Part shown: positions 29,300 through 38,203 of the stretch, piece after piece
Layout: every line of letters begins with the position of its first letter
Position numbering within the stretch: the first letter of the stretch is position 1
From: Calditrichia bacterium
GTDB taxonomy: Bacteria > Calditrichota > Calditrichia > JAJRVZ01
Reading direction: 5' to 3'
Length of the DNA: 64,000 nt
Assembly (NCBI GenBank): GCA_963765585.1
Contig: CAVXXB010000008.1
Location: forward strand, 271,532 to 335,531
Program-made: the position numbers and the translations under genes
The notes under the pieces: generated by a model
What the model was told of the DNA's origin: nothing
The model's input: the letters and a program-made list of their open reading frames with translations, nothing else
The model's database searches: none

Positions 29300-29665
29300 T
29301 TATTTTATTAAAATCATTTTTCGCGTCTTTACTGACCCTGAATTTGTCATAAGTGAATATATATATACGCCGCTTGCCATATTGCCGGCATCCCAATTAA
29401 CCATATATGCGCCAGCAGGCTGGCTTTCATTCACCAAAGTTACAACTTTTTGTCCTAGTGTATTGAATATACTTAACTCCACATCACTGACAGCCGATAG
29501 CCGATAGCCAATAGCCGTTACCGGATTAAACGGATTGGGATAATTCTGATGCAACACACTGGTAACTGGTAACACCTCTGTGCCCTTTGACATGACTGAA
29601 ACAGCCGGGCCGAGGCGGTCTTCCAACTGGGCAATATAGAGTGACCGTGGTTCCAGGCCGGGCAT
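29300..29665 (-). CDS. C-terminal part (linker + T9SS CTD) of the split beta-helix protein
   Basis: NYPNPFNPVTAIGYRL...KMILIK. This frame read upstream gives AQNYAIGCIGNITGQRPPAPFPDDDGYIEGSN, continuing the 502-aa ORF. Confidence 0.75.
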   Translation of the reverse strand: MPGLEPRSLYIAQLEDRLGPAVSVMSKGTEVLPVTSVLHQNYPNPFNPVTAIGYRLSAVSDVELSIFNTLGQKVVTLVNESQPAGAYMVNWDAGNMASGVYIYSLMTNSGSVKTRKMILIK

Positions 29666-29690
29666 ATTTGATCCTTCTATATATCCATCA

Positions 29691-31199
29691 TCATCTGGAA
29701 ATGGTGCCGGGGGGCGTTGACCGGTGATATTTCCTATACATCCGATCGCATAATTCTGAGCATGTCGGGGGTTGCTGGACGATTAGGTCACCATTGTTCA
29801 TATCACATGCCCATGCAACTGAATGAGCGATTGACCAACCATGACTGGTGCCGTAAAATCCGCGGTTATATAAGCCCAGCATACGCGGATTAAGACCAGG
29901 TCGCGGGCCATCCAATTCGACCAGGTTGTCATAGAGAATTCCCATGGTCCATCTGCGATGCCCTTCGCTGCTGGTATAGGCACCTGAGGATGTACAATCC
30001 ACAAATACACAACCGGATACCCAGCTCGTTCCATTTGAAACATAATGATGCCGTCCGTTTGTTGCATGACAATTTTTAAAAAGAATTTGCTGTGATGCGG
30101 TATACAATTGAAAATTGTATCTGAGCCCTCCCTCAACGGCAGAAACCGGATCCAGAGCATTACAATTTTCAACAGTAACCCGGGTTGCGGTATTGGTCCT
30201 GATGCCCGATAATCCAAAATGCAGCATGGTACAATCACGAACCCAGGCATCTTCTATCTGATAAAGATCAATAGCATTCCAGGCATGATTCGGATCACTA
30301 CCACCTAAGGTCTGAATATCGATGCGTAAATTTTCGATACCGATCTGTGTTTTTATATTGAAACGGGTATATTTGTAAATATAGGATTGAGACAATGCCC
30401 TTATTAGATGATTATAAATCGGGGCTCCGACGGTAATTTTATTACCATCTATTTCTTTGATAAACCGGTTAAAAACCAGCGGTTGTGATCCTTCCGACCA
30501 GGGCACATCAACACCCGGTTCCGCGCCGGTTGAGTCAGAATAGGTACCGCCATAATCAATTGCCTCAAGCCACTCTTTGGTGCAGGGGTGGACAACAATA
30601 ATATTATCACCTACCTGGTAATTTGCGGCGTTTTCCACCTCAAATGTTCTATCCCCGACTAACACAGTATCAGAAATAATATTTACCACTGACCCTGATT
30701 CCCCATCTGCCCATTTGGTTGTTCCGCCACCACCCGCCACAATCACCGTTCTTTGTACAGGATTATTGCCAGTTGCCTTTAGAATCGTATTCTGCAATGG
30801 ATCACTTCCATCACCCACACCACGAAGTACCACACCATTAAAACCAAACTTTATGGTTCCCTGTATTTCATACTCACCGGCTTTTAAAAGCAATGCCCCA
30901 CGTATACCGTTGCTATCAGCGGGCATCAGCGCGATCTGAAATAAGGCATTTTGAATATGAGCGGTATTATCCCCCTCGATGGGTTCGATTTCACTAACAA
31001 CCGGTACATTGGGAATTGGTTCTTCGCCGTTTTTATATCCGGCATAACTAAAATCCGGTATACGGTTTTTATTTTCGTCCTGTTCATAAACCAGGTTATT
31101 TTGATCATCATAATATACAATATTTGATTGCCAGGGGGTTTGGGATAAAAGCATTGATGGCAAAAGGACAATTAAAACAAATATTGATATTTTATTCAC
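29691..31199 (-). CDS. Secreted right-handed beta-helix (pectate-lyase-fold) protein, frameshift-split near 29762
   Basis: Signal peptide. DFSYAGYKNGEEPIP...GDNTAHIQNAL...LLLKAGEYEIQGTI...GVVLRGVG. The last ~25 codons look out of frame. Confidence 0.7.
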   Translation of the reverse strand: MNKISIFVLIVLLPSMLLSQTPWQSNIVYYDDQNNLVYEQDENKNRIPDFSYAGYKNGEEPIPNVPVVSEIEPIEGDNTAHIQNALFQIALMPADSNGIRGALLLKAGEYEIQGTIKFGFNGVVLRGVGDGSDPLQNTILKATGNNPVQRTVIVAGGGGTTKWADGESGSVVNIISDTVLVGDRTFEVENAANYQVGDNIIVVHPCTKEWLEAIDYGGTYSDSTGAEPGVDVPWSEGSQPLVFNRFIKEIDGNKITVGAPIYNHLIRALSQSYIYKYTRFNIKTQIGIENLRIDIQTLGGSDPNHAWNAIDLYQIEDAWVRDCTMLHFGLSGIRTNTATRVTVENCNALDPVSAVEGGLRYNFQLYTASQQILFKNCHATNGRHHYVSNGTSWVSGCVFVDCTSSGAYTSSEGHRRWTMGILYDNLVELDGPRPGLNPRMLGLYNRGFYGTSHGWSIAHSVAWACDMNNGDLIVQQPPTCSELCDRMYRKYHRSTPPGTISR

Positions 31200-31228
31200 G
31201 GAATATTCCTTAACCTTTTCTCTCCTTA

Positions 31229-31253
31229 TACCCCAAGATTAATCTTGGGGTAA
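31229..31253. repeat. Same palindrome family, copy 2
   Basis: TACCCCAAGATTAATCTTGGGGTAA. Confidence 0.8.
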
Positions 31254-31295
31254 GCAAAATATAAGATATATTGTAAATAATGATATTATACGATT

Positions 31296-31321
31296 TTACC
31301 CCAGGATTAATCCTTGGGTAA
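31296..31321. repeat. Same palindrome family, copy 3 (one stem mismatch)
   Basis: TTACCCCAGGATTAATCCTTGGGTAA. Confidence 0.75.
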
Positions 31322-31473
31322 TCAAAAAAACTACTTAACACAATTTAAATATTACTTATCACTTTTAATGTGATTTATTTAACTTTAAAACAGGAATTTT
31401 CAAAAAAATAGCCGGGCAATAACATTCTACCCGGCTGAGAATATTTCTGGTATAATCATATCCGGTTTTTTTT

Positions 31474-31626
31474 GACAGGATAACAGGATAATTAATTAGA
31501 GATTAGAAATTAGTGATGAGAGATTAAGTGAAACTCTCTCTTCATGCCGAATTTATTTCAGCATCTCTAAACCAAGGATCCTGAATCAAGTTCAGGATGA
31601 CGATGATTTTATCCTGTTATCCCGTC
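31474..31626. mobile_element. MITE-like 153-bp element with GACAGGATAACAGGATAA / TTATCCTGTTATCCCGTC termini
   Basis: 18-bp terminal inverted repeats. The right half is homologous to the right arm at 29159-29281. Confidence 0.4.
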
Positions 31627-31638
31627 TAATTATCTTTT

Positions 31639-33093
31639 TTACCGGATGAGCATCATTTTCTTTACAACCGAAAGATTGTCCATTGTCAGTCTGTAAAAAT
31701 AGACGCCGGAGGCCTGTACGGCTGGATTCCAGCTGACCTGGTAAGAACCTGCTGCTTGCCGTGTCTCAACCAGGGTATCAATAGTTTTGCCGGTAATATC
31801 ATACACGATAAGTGTTACATTTCCCGGTTGGGTTAATGAATAGGAAATGGTTGTTGACGGGTTAAACGGATTTGGATAATTCTGAGCCAGATCAAACATC
31901 CCCGGTACACTTTCATTGACAAATTCATCAACGGAGTTGGCTAAATCAGCCCAACGAAGATCACCCAGAGCCACACCGGAAAAAGCTTTGCCATATGCCG
32001 GAGAAGTTGGGGCCAGGGTATAATCAAAATTAGCGGCATCATTATAGAGAGGATCAAATGCATAAATAGTCGTCGTATCGACTTCCCCCCCTTTGGTTGC
32101 GCTCACTCTTCCGGAGGAAGGTTCAGGTACAGCAAAAATCATATTCAGCGTATCTAAATGACTTACAGTGGATCCTTCACCCTGAACCTGGACAACATAA
32201 TCCGCACGTTCGGCACGGGATAATTTCGGTAAACGGGAATTTGTCACCAGATTATCACGAAAGATGGTATTTTCGTTATTTTTAATATATGCCATTCTGG
32301 TACCACAATTATCTACTGTCAGATGCTCAAGCAAGACATAGGCGTCCTCGGTTGAAGTGTCTACATCAGCATAAACACGAATACACTCAGAAGAGATGTT
32401 ACGGAAAGAACAATTTCGAACAATCAGAGAATCCATCGCCCGGGTTGTTTCATATTTTTCGGTTTCTGCTATTCTTATCGCCTCATCACCAATATCCCGG
32501 AAGGTACAGTTTTCAAATCTGACAGTTCCTGCTTTAAGTGTCGGTTCCCCGGTGTTTGGTCTTAGAAAGTAAAGTGCATGACCTTCGGCCTCTTCTGCCG
32601 AGTTTCCATCTTCATAAAAGTTTTTAAAATCGCAATTTTTTACGATAATATTCAGACCCTCTTTGGCAAAGGACCGGGGAATTTGACTCTCTGCACCGTG
32701 GCCCAGACGTATACCATGCTTGAGACCATGGCCCTGAGGGTGCCCACCGTCAATAATAATTCCCTCAAGCGTGATATCGTCATACACGCGCATTAATTCG
32801 ATCTGTTTTTCACCTTCCTCTCCCCACTGATCACTGTGGGTAAGTATGGGTTTTTCTGCCAGACCAGCTTTGGCAATAATAACAATCGGTTTCTTTATCT
32901 CAAAGTAGACAGAATCCGTAGTAGTATACACACCGCCACTCTCGGATAATATGATGGTATCAATTCCAGCTGTAAACGCATAATCCAACGCAACTTTAAA
33001 GTCAAATTGGGTATCAACTTCAATATTGCTGGCACTTGTCATGCCCAAATGACAAGCTAGTAACAAAGTTAAAAATATGGTAACAAAACGCAT
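31639..33093 (-). CDS. Secreted beta-helix-like protein of unassigned family with a T9SS CTD; paralogue of the C-terminal module of 45797..48919
   Basis: AGLAEKPIL, IIDGGH, DEAIRIAETEKY, LIVRNCSFRNISSECIRVY, VLLEHLTVDNC. NYPNPFNPSTTISY...MMLIR. Confidence 0.7.
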   Translation of the reverse strand: MRFVTIFLTLLLACHLGMTSASNIEVDTQFDFKVALDYAFTAGIDTIILSESGGVYTTTDSVYFEIKKPIVIIAKAGLAEKPILTHSDQWGEEGEKQIELMRVYDDITLEGIIIDGGHPQGHGLKHGIRLGHGAESQIPRSFAKEGLNIIVKNCDFKNFYEDGNSAEEAEGHALYFLRPNTGEPTLKAGTVRFENCTFRDIGDEAIRIAETEKYETTRAMDSLIVRNCSFRNISSECIRVYADVDTSTEDAYVLLEHLTVDNCGTRMAYIKNNENTIFRDNLVTNSRLPKLSRAERADYVVQVQGEGSTVSHLDTLNMIFAVPEPSSGRVSATKGGEVDTTTIYAFDPLYNDAANFDYTLAPTSPAYGKAFSGVALGDLRWADLANSVDEFVNESVPGMFDLAQNYPNPFNPSTTISYSLTQPGNVTLIVYDITGKTIDTLVETRQAAGSYQVSWNPAVQASGVYFYRLTMDNLSVVKKMMLIR

Positions 33094-33253
33094 AGGGTAC
33101 CTCCTGTTTGTTTGGGATATTGTATGATTAAATTATATTTTTACTTATTAAATTCGTAATTCGTAATTCGTTATTCGTTATTGGTTATTTGCTGTCTGCT
33201 TTCGGCTTTCGGCTATCGGTTGACGGCTTTTCTTTGCAATTTCTTTTTTTACT

Positions 33254-33278
33254 TTCCCCAAGATTAATCTTGGGGTAA
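33254..33278. repeat. Same palindrome family, copy 4
   Basis: TTCCCCAAGATTAATCTTGGGGTAA. Confidence 0.8.
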
Positions 33279-33324
33279 TCTCCTAATTGATATTCTTGGC
33301 CGACGGCTGACAGCCGATAGCCAT

Positions 33325-34818
33325 TTACAAACTAAAACTATACGCCGCCGACCAGGCGTTCATACTTTCAGTCACATAATTGGTATTACTGAAGTATGAA
33401 TCATAATATCTGAGACGGCGATACTCATAGGCGATATCGATTCGGCCAAACTTATCTAAAAACACACTCGCCCCAAAGGTATATCCTTTAGCGGAAGGAC
33501 CTCTGTCTTTTATTGCCGCACCATCGGGAACAAAGGTTGCCGGAATGTCGCGATACCCTGCCATGAGCGATAAATAGTCAGCAACACGAAATTCAGCACC
33601 AAATTTTAATATACTCTGATCTACCTGTTCGCGCGCGGTATCATTCTCCCAGCTGTAATTATACTTGGTTTTGCTATAGGGTGTAGATTGATAATCCAGA
33701 GCAAATGTAAACCAATCTATTGGAGTTATACGCACACCAAATGAAAAAGTCCCCGGAATTTCAACTTCATCTTTGCCGCTGATGCTGGCAGTATTTGTAC
33801 CGGCAGTATCAGAAAATGTATCTGTATAGTTCCAATCACGGGTCATAGTATATGGTAATTTATAATTAAGCGCAAAACTGATCCGCTCAAATTTATATAT
33901 TACGCCAAGATCAAACTGCAATGCGTTGAAATCAGAGGTTCCAGCCGAATAGGCATCCACTGTATCATAGGTAAACCGAAACACATTATTTGCTTCAATC
34001 TCAAAGGTGCCCACTCTTTCCAGTGCCTGATAATCGTTGCTGCTGCCTGTCATGGAAGAAACACCTACTCCGAGTTTAAGATTGTCATTAAGTTCATAGG
34101 CCAGGGCACCCGCAATTGAGGTCATATCCCCACTGCGATCTCTTGTAAAACGCGACCAGGAGAAGGTATCCACTCCGGTAACCACCCTTGGCATAATACC
34201 ATATGCATCGAATCCAATATGAGGATCGAGATAGGTTATATTTCGATCGTAATCTAAAATTCTATTGTAACGATAAGCGGCACTAATTACAAACTTTTGC
34301 TCAGCGATTGAGAATGGATATGCCAGAACAACATTATTCAGACCAATTTTATCCAGTTGTTTTTGCCAGTCAGCAGCTTCCTCGCTGTATGGCTCGAGAC
34401 CCAATGGTGGTTCGGCGACCACATAGTTCGTATCCTCGGCCACTATTTCGTAATCATTCAAACCATTATTTGCCGGATCCGGTATATACAATCCTTCCAA
34501 ATAAAAAGCCATGGTCCAGTATATCCGGTTTGGCCGGTAATCCTGATTTTCCCGCCAAATCTGACTGTGACTATTGCCGGAGATTGAAAATGTAAAACTT
34601 TCTATATCGCTGAGGCCTGCAGAATTGTAAAAGATAGATGCTGCATCGCCGGTACTGGCCAAATATGCGCCGCCCATAGCCATGGCTCTTACTCCGGGTT
34701 CGGTTTGGTGGAAGAATCCCTGAAATGAGAGGTTATCTCCCCTGTGCTGCGCAGTGATAAGGGCCGGCAGGAAGACCAGAGTAAGTAGGATAACCAATTT
34801 TATATTCATATTTTTCAT
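33325..34818 (-). CDS. FadL/PorV-superfamily outer-membrane beta-barrel protein
   Basis: Signal peptide. GVRAMAMGGAYLASTGDAASIFYNSAGL N-terminal hatch motif, alternating beta-strand pattern, aromatic C-terminus. Confidence 0.6.
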   Translation of the reverse strand: MKNMNIKLVILLTLVFLPALITAQHRGDNLSFQGFFHQTEPGVRAMAMGGAYLASTGDAASIFYNSAGLSDIESFTFSISGNSHSQIWRENQDYRPNRIYWTMAFYLEGLYIPDPANNGLNDYEIVAEDTNYVVAEPPLGLEPYSEEAADWQKQLDKIGLNNVVLAYPFSIAEQKFVISAAYRYNRILDYDRNITYLDPHIGFDAYGIMPRVVTGVDTFSWSRFTRDRSGDMTSIAGALAYELNDNLKLGVGVSSMTGSSNDYQALERVGTFEIEANNVFRFTYDTVDAYSAGTSDFNALQFDLGVIYKFERISFALNYKLPYTMTRDWNYTDTFSDTAGTNTASISGKDEVEIPGTFSFGVRITPIDWFTFALDYQSTPYSKTKYNYSWENDTAREQVDQSILKFGAEFRVADYLSLMAGYRDIPATFVPDGAAIKDRGPSAKGYTFGASVFLDKFGRIDIAYEYRRLRYYDSYFSNTNYVTESMNAWSAAYSFSL

Positions 34819-34839
34819 GAAAAAATGCTCCTTATACTA

Positions 34840-35880
34840 TCAGTCATTCATGGCAAAGCCAAGTGAAAAACGATGTACAGAATCCAGATAATCTCCAAAA
34901 TCACTATAGGAATAATCCACCCGGATATTACTGTAGGCAAGTCCGAAACCCAGAGAGAATGATTCCGAATCATAGTTTATTTTATATCCACCACGCAGGA
35001 AAAGAATATTTTGAAATCCATATTCAAGTCCAATATTATATTGCTGATCAAAATCCCGCGGTTGAACCATATCAAAGGCAAGTAATAAGGTCTGACTCTC
35101 CGAATCCATAATCAGGCTCTCATTTCCCGATATCAAATAGGTTGCAATTCCGATATTAAGAGTCTGCGGCAATGGATACTGTTTCCCGGTATAAGTTTGT
35201 GTATATGATGTATCATTCTCAGCGTCATACCGCGTAATAATCTGTTCATCAATGTATCTCACATCCGGGCCAAAATTTCGAACCGTCGCTGCAATCTTTA
35301 TGGATCTGAATCCCGTATCATAGATCAGTCCGGCATCAAACATGATATTTCCGGTAGATTTTACACCAAGATCCTCCCGGGCATATTTTACGCTCAAGCC
35401 AAAGGAGAATTTTTCAGTTAACTGTTTGGCAAAAGACAGACCGAATACCTGCGCACCTGGTGTCAGAACTTCACCGGTATAACCAAGATATTTATCACCA
35501 ACAAAACCCAGAGCATCTACACTTGTCACACGTATCTCACCCACATCGGTCATCATTCCCTGAAAACCAAAGGTACCAAGACCGGGCACCGTATATGCCG
35601 CTGAAAGGGACAGATGTGTGATGTCCAGGAACCAATCAAGATAATCTGCAGCCACATCAATATTTTTAACATACACGAGACCGGCAGGGTTAAAATACAC
35701 TGCCTGTGAATTCATTGCAGTAGCAGACGCGGCCTCCCCCATGGCGGTATAACGGGCACTTGTCATCACCTTTAAAAATTGAAATGAGGTGGTACCAACT
35801 TTTTCAAAAGCATTTCCATTGGAAACACATAATGTCAAAGTCAACAGGATAAAAATGTAATATTTGTTATGTTTTTTCAT
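34840..35880 (-). CDS. PorV/PorQ-like outer-membrane beta-barrel protein
   Basis: Start set at MKKHNKYY (GAGGA 8 nt upstream). SFQFLKVMTSARYTAMGEAASATAMNSQAVYFNPAGL matches the PorV/PorQ family head. Confidence 0.62.
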   Translation of the reverse strand: MKKHNKYYIFILLTLTLCVSNGNAFEKVGTTSFQFLKVMTSARYTAMGEAASATAMNSQAVYFNPAGLVYVKNIDVAADYLDWFLDITHLSLSAAYTVPGLGTFGFQGMMTDVGEIRVTSVDALGFVGDKYLGYTGEVLTPGAQVFGLSFAKQLTEKFSFGLSVKYAREDLGVKSTGNIMFDAGLIYDTGFRSIKIAATVRNFGPDVRYIDEQIITRYDAENDTSYTQTYTGKQYPLPQTLNIGIATYLISGNESLIMDSESQTLLLAFDMVQPRDFDQQYNIGLEYGFQNILFLRGGYKINYDSESFSLGFGLAYSNIRVDYSYSDFGDYLDSVHRFSLGFAMND

Positions 35881-35902
35881 AATATTCCTCATTAACTCAA
35901 CA

Positions 35903-38188
35903 TTATTTAATAACAATAAATTTTCCGGATGCCTGTTCGCCATTCGGGGTGGTAATTACGTATAAATAAATACCTGAGGCAACCTGCTGATCATTCCGGG
36001 TCACCTGAAACCAGGCTGTTGAATAAACCGGATCATCATGCTCAATTGTTTCAACCAGTTGTCCGGAATAGGTAAAAATTCTTATGGTTGCGCGTGCTGG
36101 CAAACCGTAAAACCCAATCCGTTCTTCCGCTCCGACAGCGCCGCCAAATCCGGATTGTATCACAAACGGATTTGGCACCACAAAAACCTCATCCAGATTT
36201 GCGACAGACCCAATATTTTTTTCATGACGACTGATATTTGTTCTGCCGCTAGGTAATCCATTCTCATCTATCGATTGCACTGAGTAATATCTTGATTCTC
36301 CAATCTTAAAGGCCACATCATCATCAAAATATTCATACTGATTATCACTATTTATGTAGGCTGGATCTCCGGCGGAAATTGAATCAATCACTGTCCATGG
36401 CCCCATACCGGCATCAGAGCGGCTGATATAAAATTTAGTTAATGTACCACTTAATTGAGAAATGGGATACTTCGCTGCAAAAGTTTCAACAAACTCCTCA
36501 ACAGATCTGCCCCAATTTATCTTTATCTGCCCATCAGGTGTATTAAGCACAGTTATCACCGGCGCCGGTACTCTTACTTCTATGTTATACACGCCGTCGG
36601 GTGGATTATCTTCCGGCCAGACAGGAATTGCAGGTGCTTCACCCAAATAGGCTTCAAATGCCTTATGTGCAACCTGAGTAACCGTCCGCACCTCAGAATT
36701 AACATAATCGGGGTAACCGAATTCTGTCAGGTAGCGGTCTGTTAAATTTCCAGATCCATCTCGTGCCGGTACCGGGCGATCCCATGAAGGTGTTGCGGCC
36801 CATTGAACCAATGTCTGACCACCTTCGATTACTTTGCCAGGCTGGGCGCCATATCCGACAACTTCGGCAAATGAATATTCAAGACGGTCACCAATGTTCA
36901 GCGTATATGGTCCAAAAACGATATGCTTTTGTGCCGCATCGGCACTTTGACGATAGGGATAGGCAGCGCGGCCAATCCAGTCTTTATCTGCATCAGGATG
37001 GGTGGGCGGTGCCGGCCATGTAGTGGAGCCAAGCGAATAGACGCCACTCCAGCGTTTATTTGTATTGATAGCTTCGACCTGCATCTTGCTACTGCGCGTA
37101 TTACCGGTACTTACTTTATTTGAATATGGTTGTTTTACGTGATTTTTTTCATCCAATTCATAAAATTTTGGATATTCAGGAAAAGTTGATTGGGTGCGAA
37201 GCGTACCAACAAATTCAGATTCATTTTGTTCTGATTCGATTGTGTCGACGAAAGCAAGATGATTTACATCATAATACAAGACCGCATAACCGGGAGCCTG
37301 TGGACTAGCTAACCCACCGCCATTCTTACCGGTGGCCGCAAATTCCAGAAACAGATCCTTATTCGGTTCCGGCTTGGCAAACAAAGTCGCGTCACTTATG
37401 TTGGTTCTCAGACTCATATTAAATGACAACCAGTAATCGGCATCCCAAAAATTATTCTGATCGCCGCGATACAGACCTGAATCATATTTCCATTCCTGAT
37501 AGTTACGCTGATATCCGTACATGGATGGACCAAACCCCCAAATAAACAGCGCCATAAAATCTCTTAACTCTTCGGTCTGATCTGGAATACCATCGCCGTT
37601 TGTATCTCCGGTATATTCCAATTCATACTCATAGATAATCATATCATCATAGTCCGGGTGACTCCAGGCTCTGGTGGTGCGTTTTACATTCACGCCAACC
37701 GGTGTGGCCCATTCGGCAATGATAATCTCCTCGGCCTCATTGGGATCATAATTTTCATTCATAGTTCCATCCGGTAATAAGGGGAAATTTTCAATCTCGA
37801 TCAGAGAAATAGGAAAAGTCCACCGCCCAATAATTGTTTCTGATCCAGAGCCGGTGCCGACAGCGCCGCACATGGCGTAAATCCTGCTTTCCATTCCCGG
37901 CTGACCCTTCAGATTGGCAGCCATATACATACCACCGCCTAAAAGATTGTGCTGGCCGCTATAGGTAATTCCATTTAATATTGTGGCGGACCGGGAAGGC
38001 CATTCCATCAGGGGAACGCTTGTTTTGTTTCCTTCATCGCCGGTTGTCCAGGGCCGTCCAATATCTCCGGAATTATACAGAGTATTATGCAGCATTCCCC
38101 GGTCATGTATTCTGTACTCCAGCTGGGCCTGTAGCGCGGAAATTGCAAGGACAAGAATTAGAATAACTATTAAAGATATCTTATTCAT
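35903..38188 (-). CDS. 761-aa secreted protein: ~480-aa domain of unknown function + FN3-like domain + divergent T9SS-type CTD
   Basis: Signal peptide. FN3-like PAPVITVLNTPDGQIKINWG...YYSVQSID. C-terminus VVPNPF...ATIRIFTYSGQLVETI...SGIYLYVI...KFIVIK. Paralogue at 57618..59790. Confidence 0.6.
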   Translation of the reverse strand: MNKISLIVILILVLAISALQAQLEYRIHDRGMLHNTLYNSGDIGRPWTTGDEGNKTSVPLMEWPSRSATILNGITYSGQHNLLGGGMYMAANLKGQPGMESRIYAMCGAVGTGSGSETIIGRWTFPISLIEIENFPLLPDGTMNENYDPNEAEEIIIAEWATPVGVNVKRTTRAWSHPDYDDMIIYEYELEYTGDTNGDGIPDQTEELRDFMALFIWGFGPSMYGYQRNYQEWKYDSGLYRGDQNNFWDADYWLSFNMSLRTNISDATLFAKPEPNKDLFLEFAATGKNGGGLASPQAPGYAVLYYDVNHLAFVDTIESEQNESEFVGTLRTQSTFPEYPKFYELDEKNHVKQPYSNKVSTGNTRSSKMQVEAINTNKRWSGVYSLGSTTWPAPPTHPDADKDWIGRAAYPYRQSADAAQKHIVFGPYTLNIGDRLEYSFAEVVGYGAQPGKVIEGGQTLVQWAATPSWDRPVPARDGSGNLTDRYLTEFGYPDYVNSEVRTVTQVAHKAFEAYLGEAPAIPVWPEDNPPDGVYNIEVRVPAPVITVLNTPDGQIKINWGRSVEEFVETFAAKYPISQLSGTLTKFYISRSDAGMGPWTVIDSISAGDPAYINSDNQYEYFDDDVAFKIGESRYYSVQSIDENGLPSGRTNISRHEKNIGSVANLDEVFVVPNPFVIQSGFGGAVGAEERIGFYGLPARATIRIFTYSGQLVETIEHDDPVYSTAWFQVTRNDQQVASGIYLYVITTPNGEQASGKFIVIK

Positions 38189-38203
38189 ATTAAGACCATC
38201 CTG

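Noticed and set aside
29481-29520. The intergenic word CAGCCGATAGCCGATAGCC occurs inside the CTD-coding region, so an in-frame repeat insertion seemed possible
   Set aside because: The encoded AIGYRLSAVSDVEL occupies the position of the normal first beta-strands of a T9SS sorting domain (compare TTISYSL, TKIKFSI). The length of the domain is normal, so this is probably coincidental sequence similarity. It could be revisited with a CTD alignment.
29798-30250. 150-aa alternative-frame ORF inside the beta-helix gene, with similar nested ORFs at 60967-61482, 61814-62302 and 44803-45168
   Set aside because: All lie within longer ORFs that carry recognisable family motifs, and none has a motif of its own.
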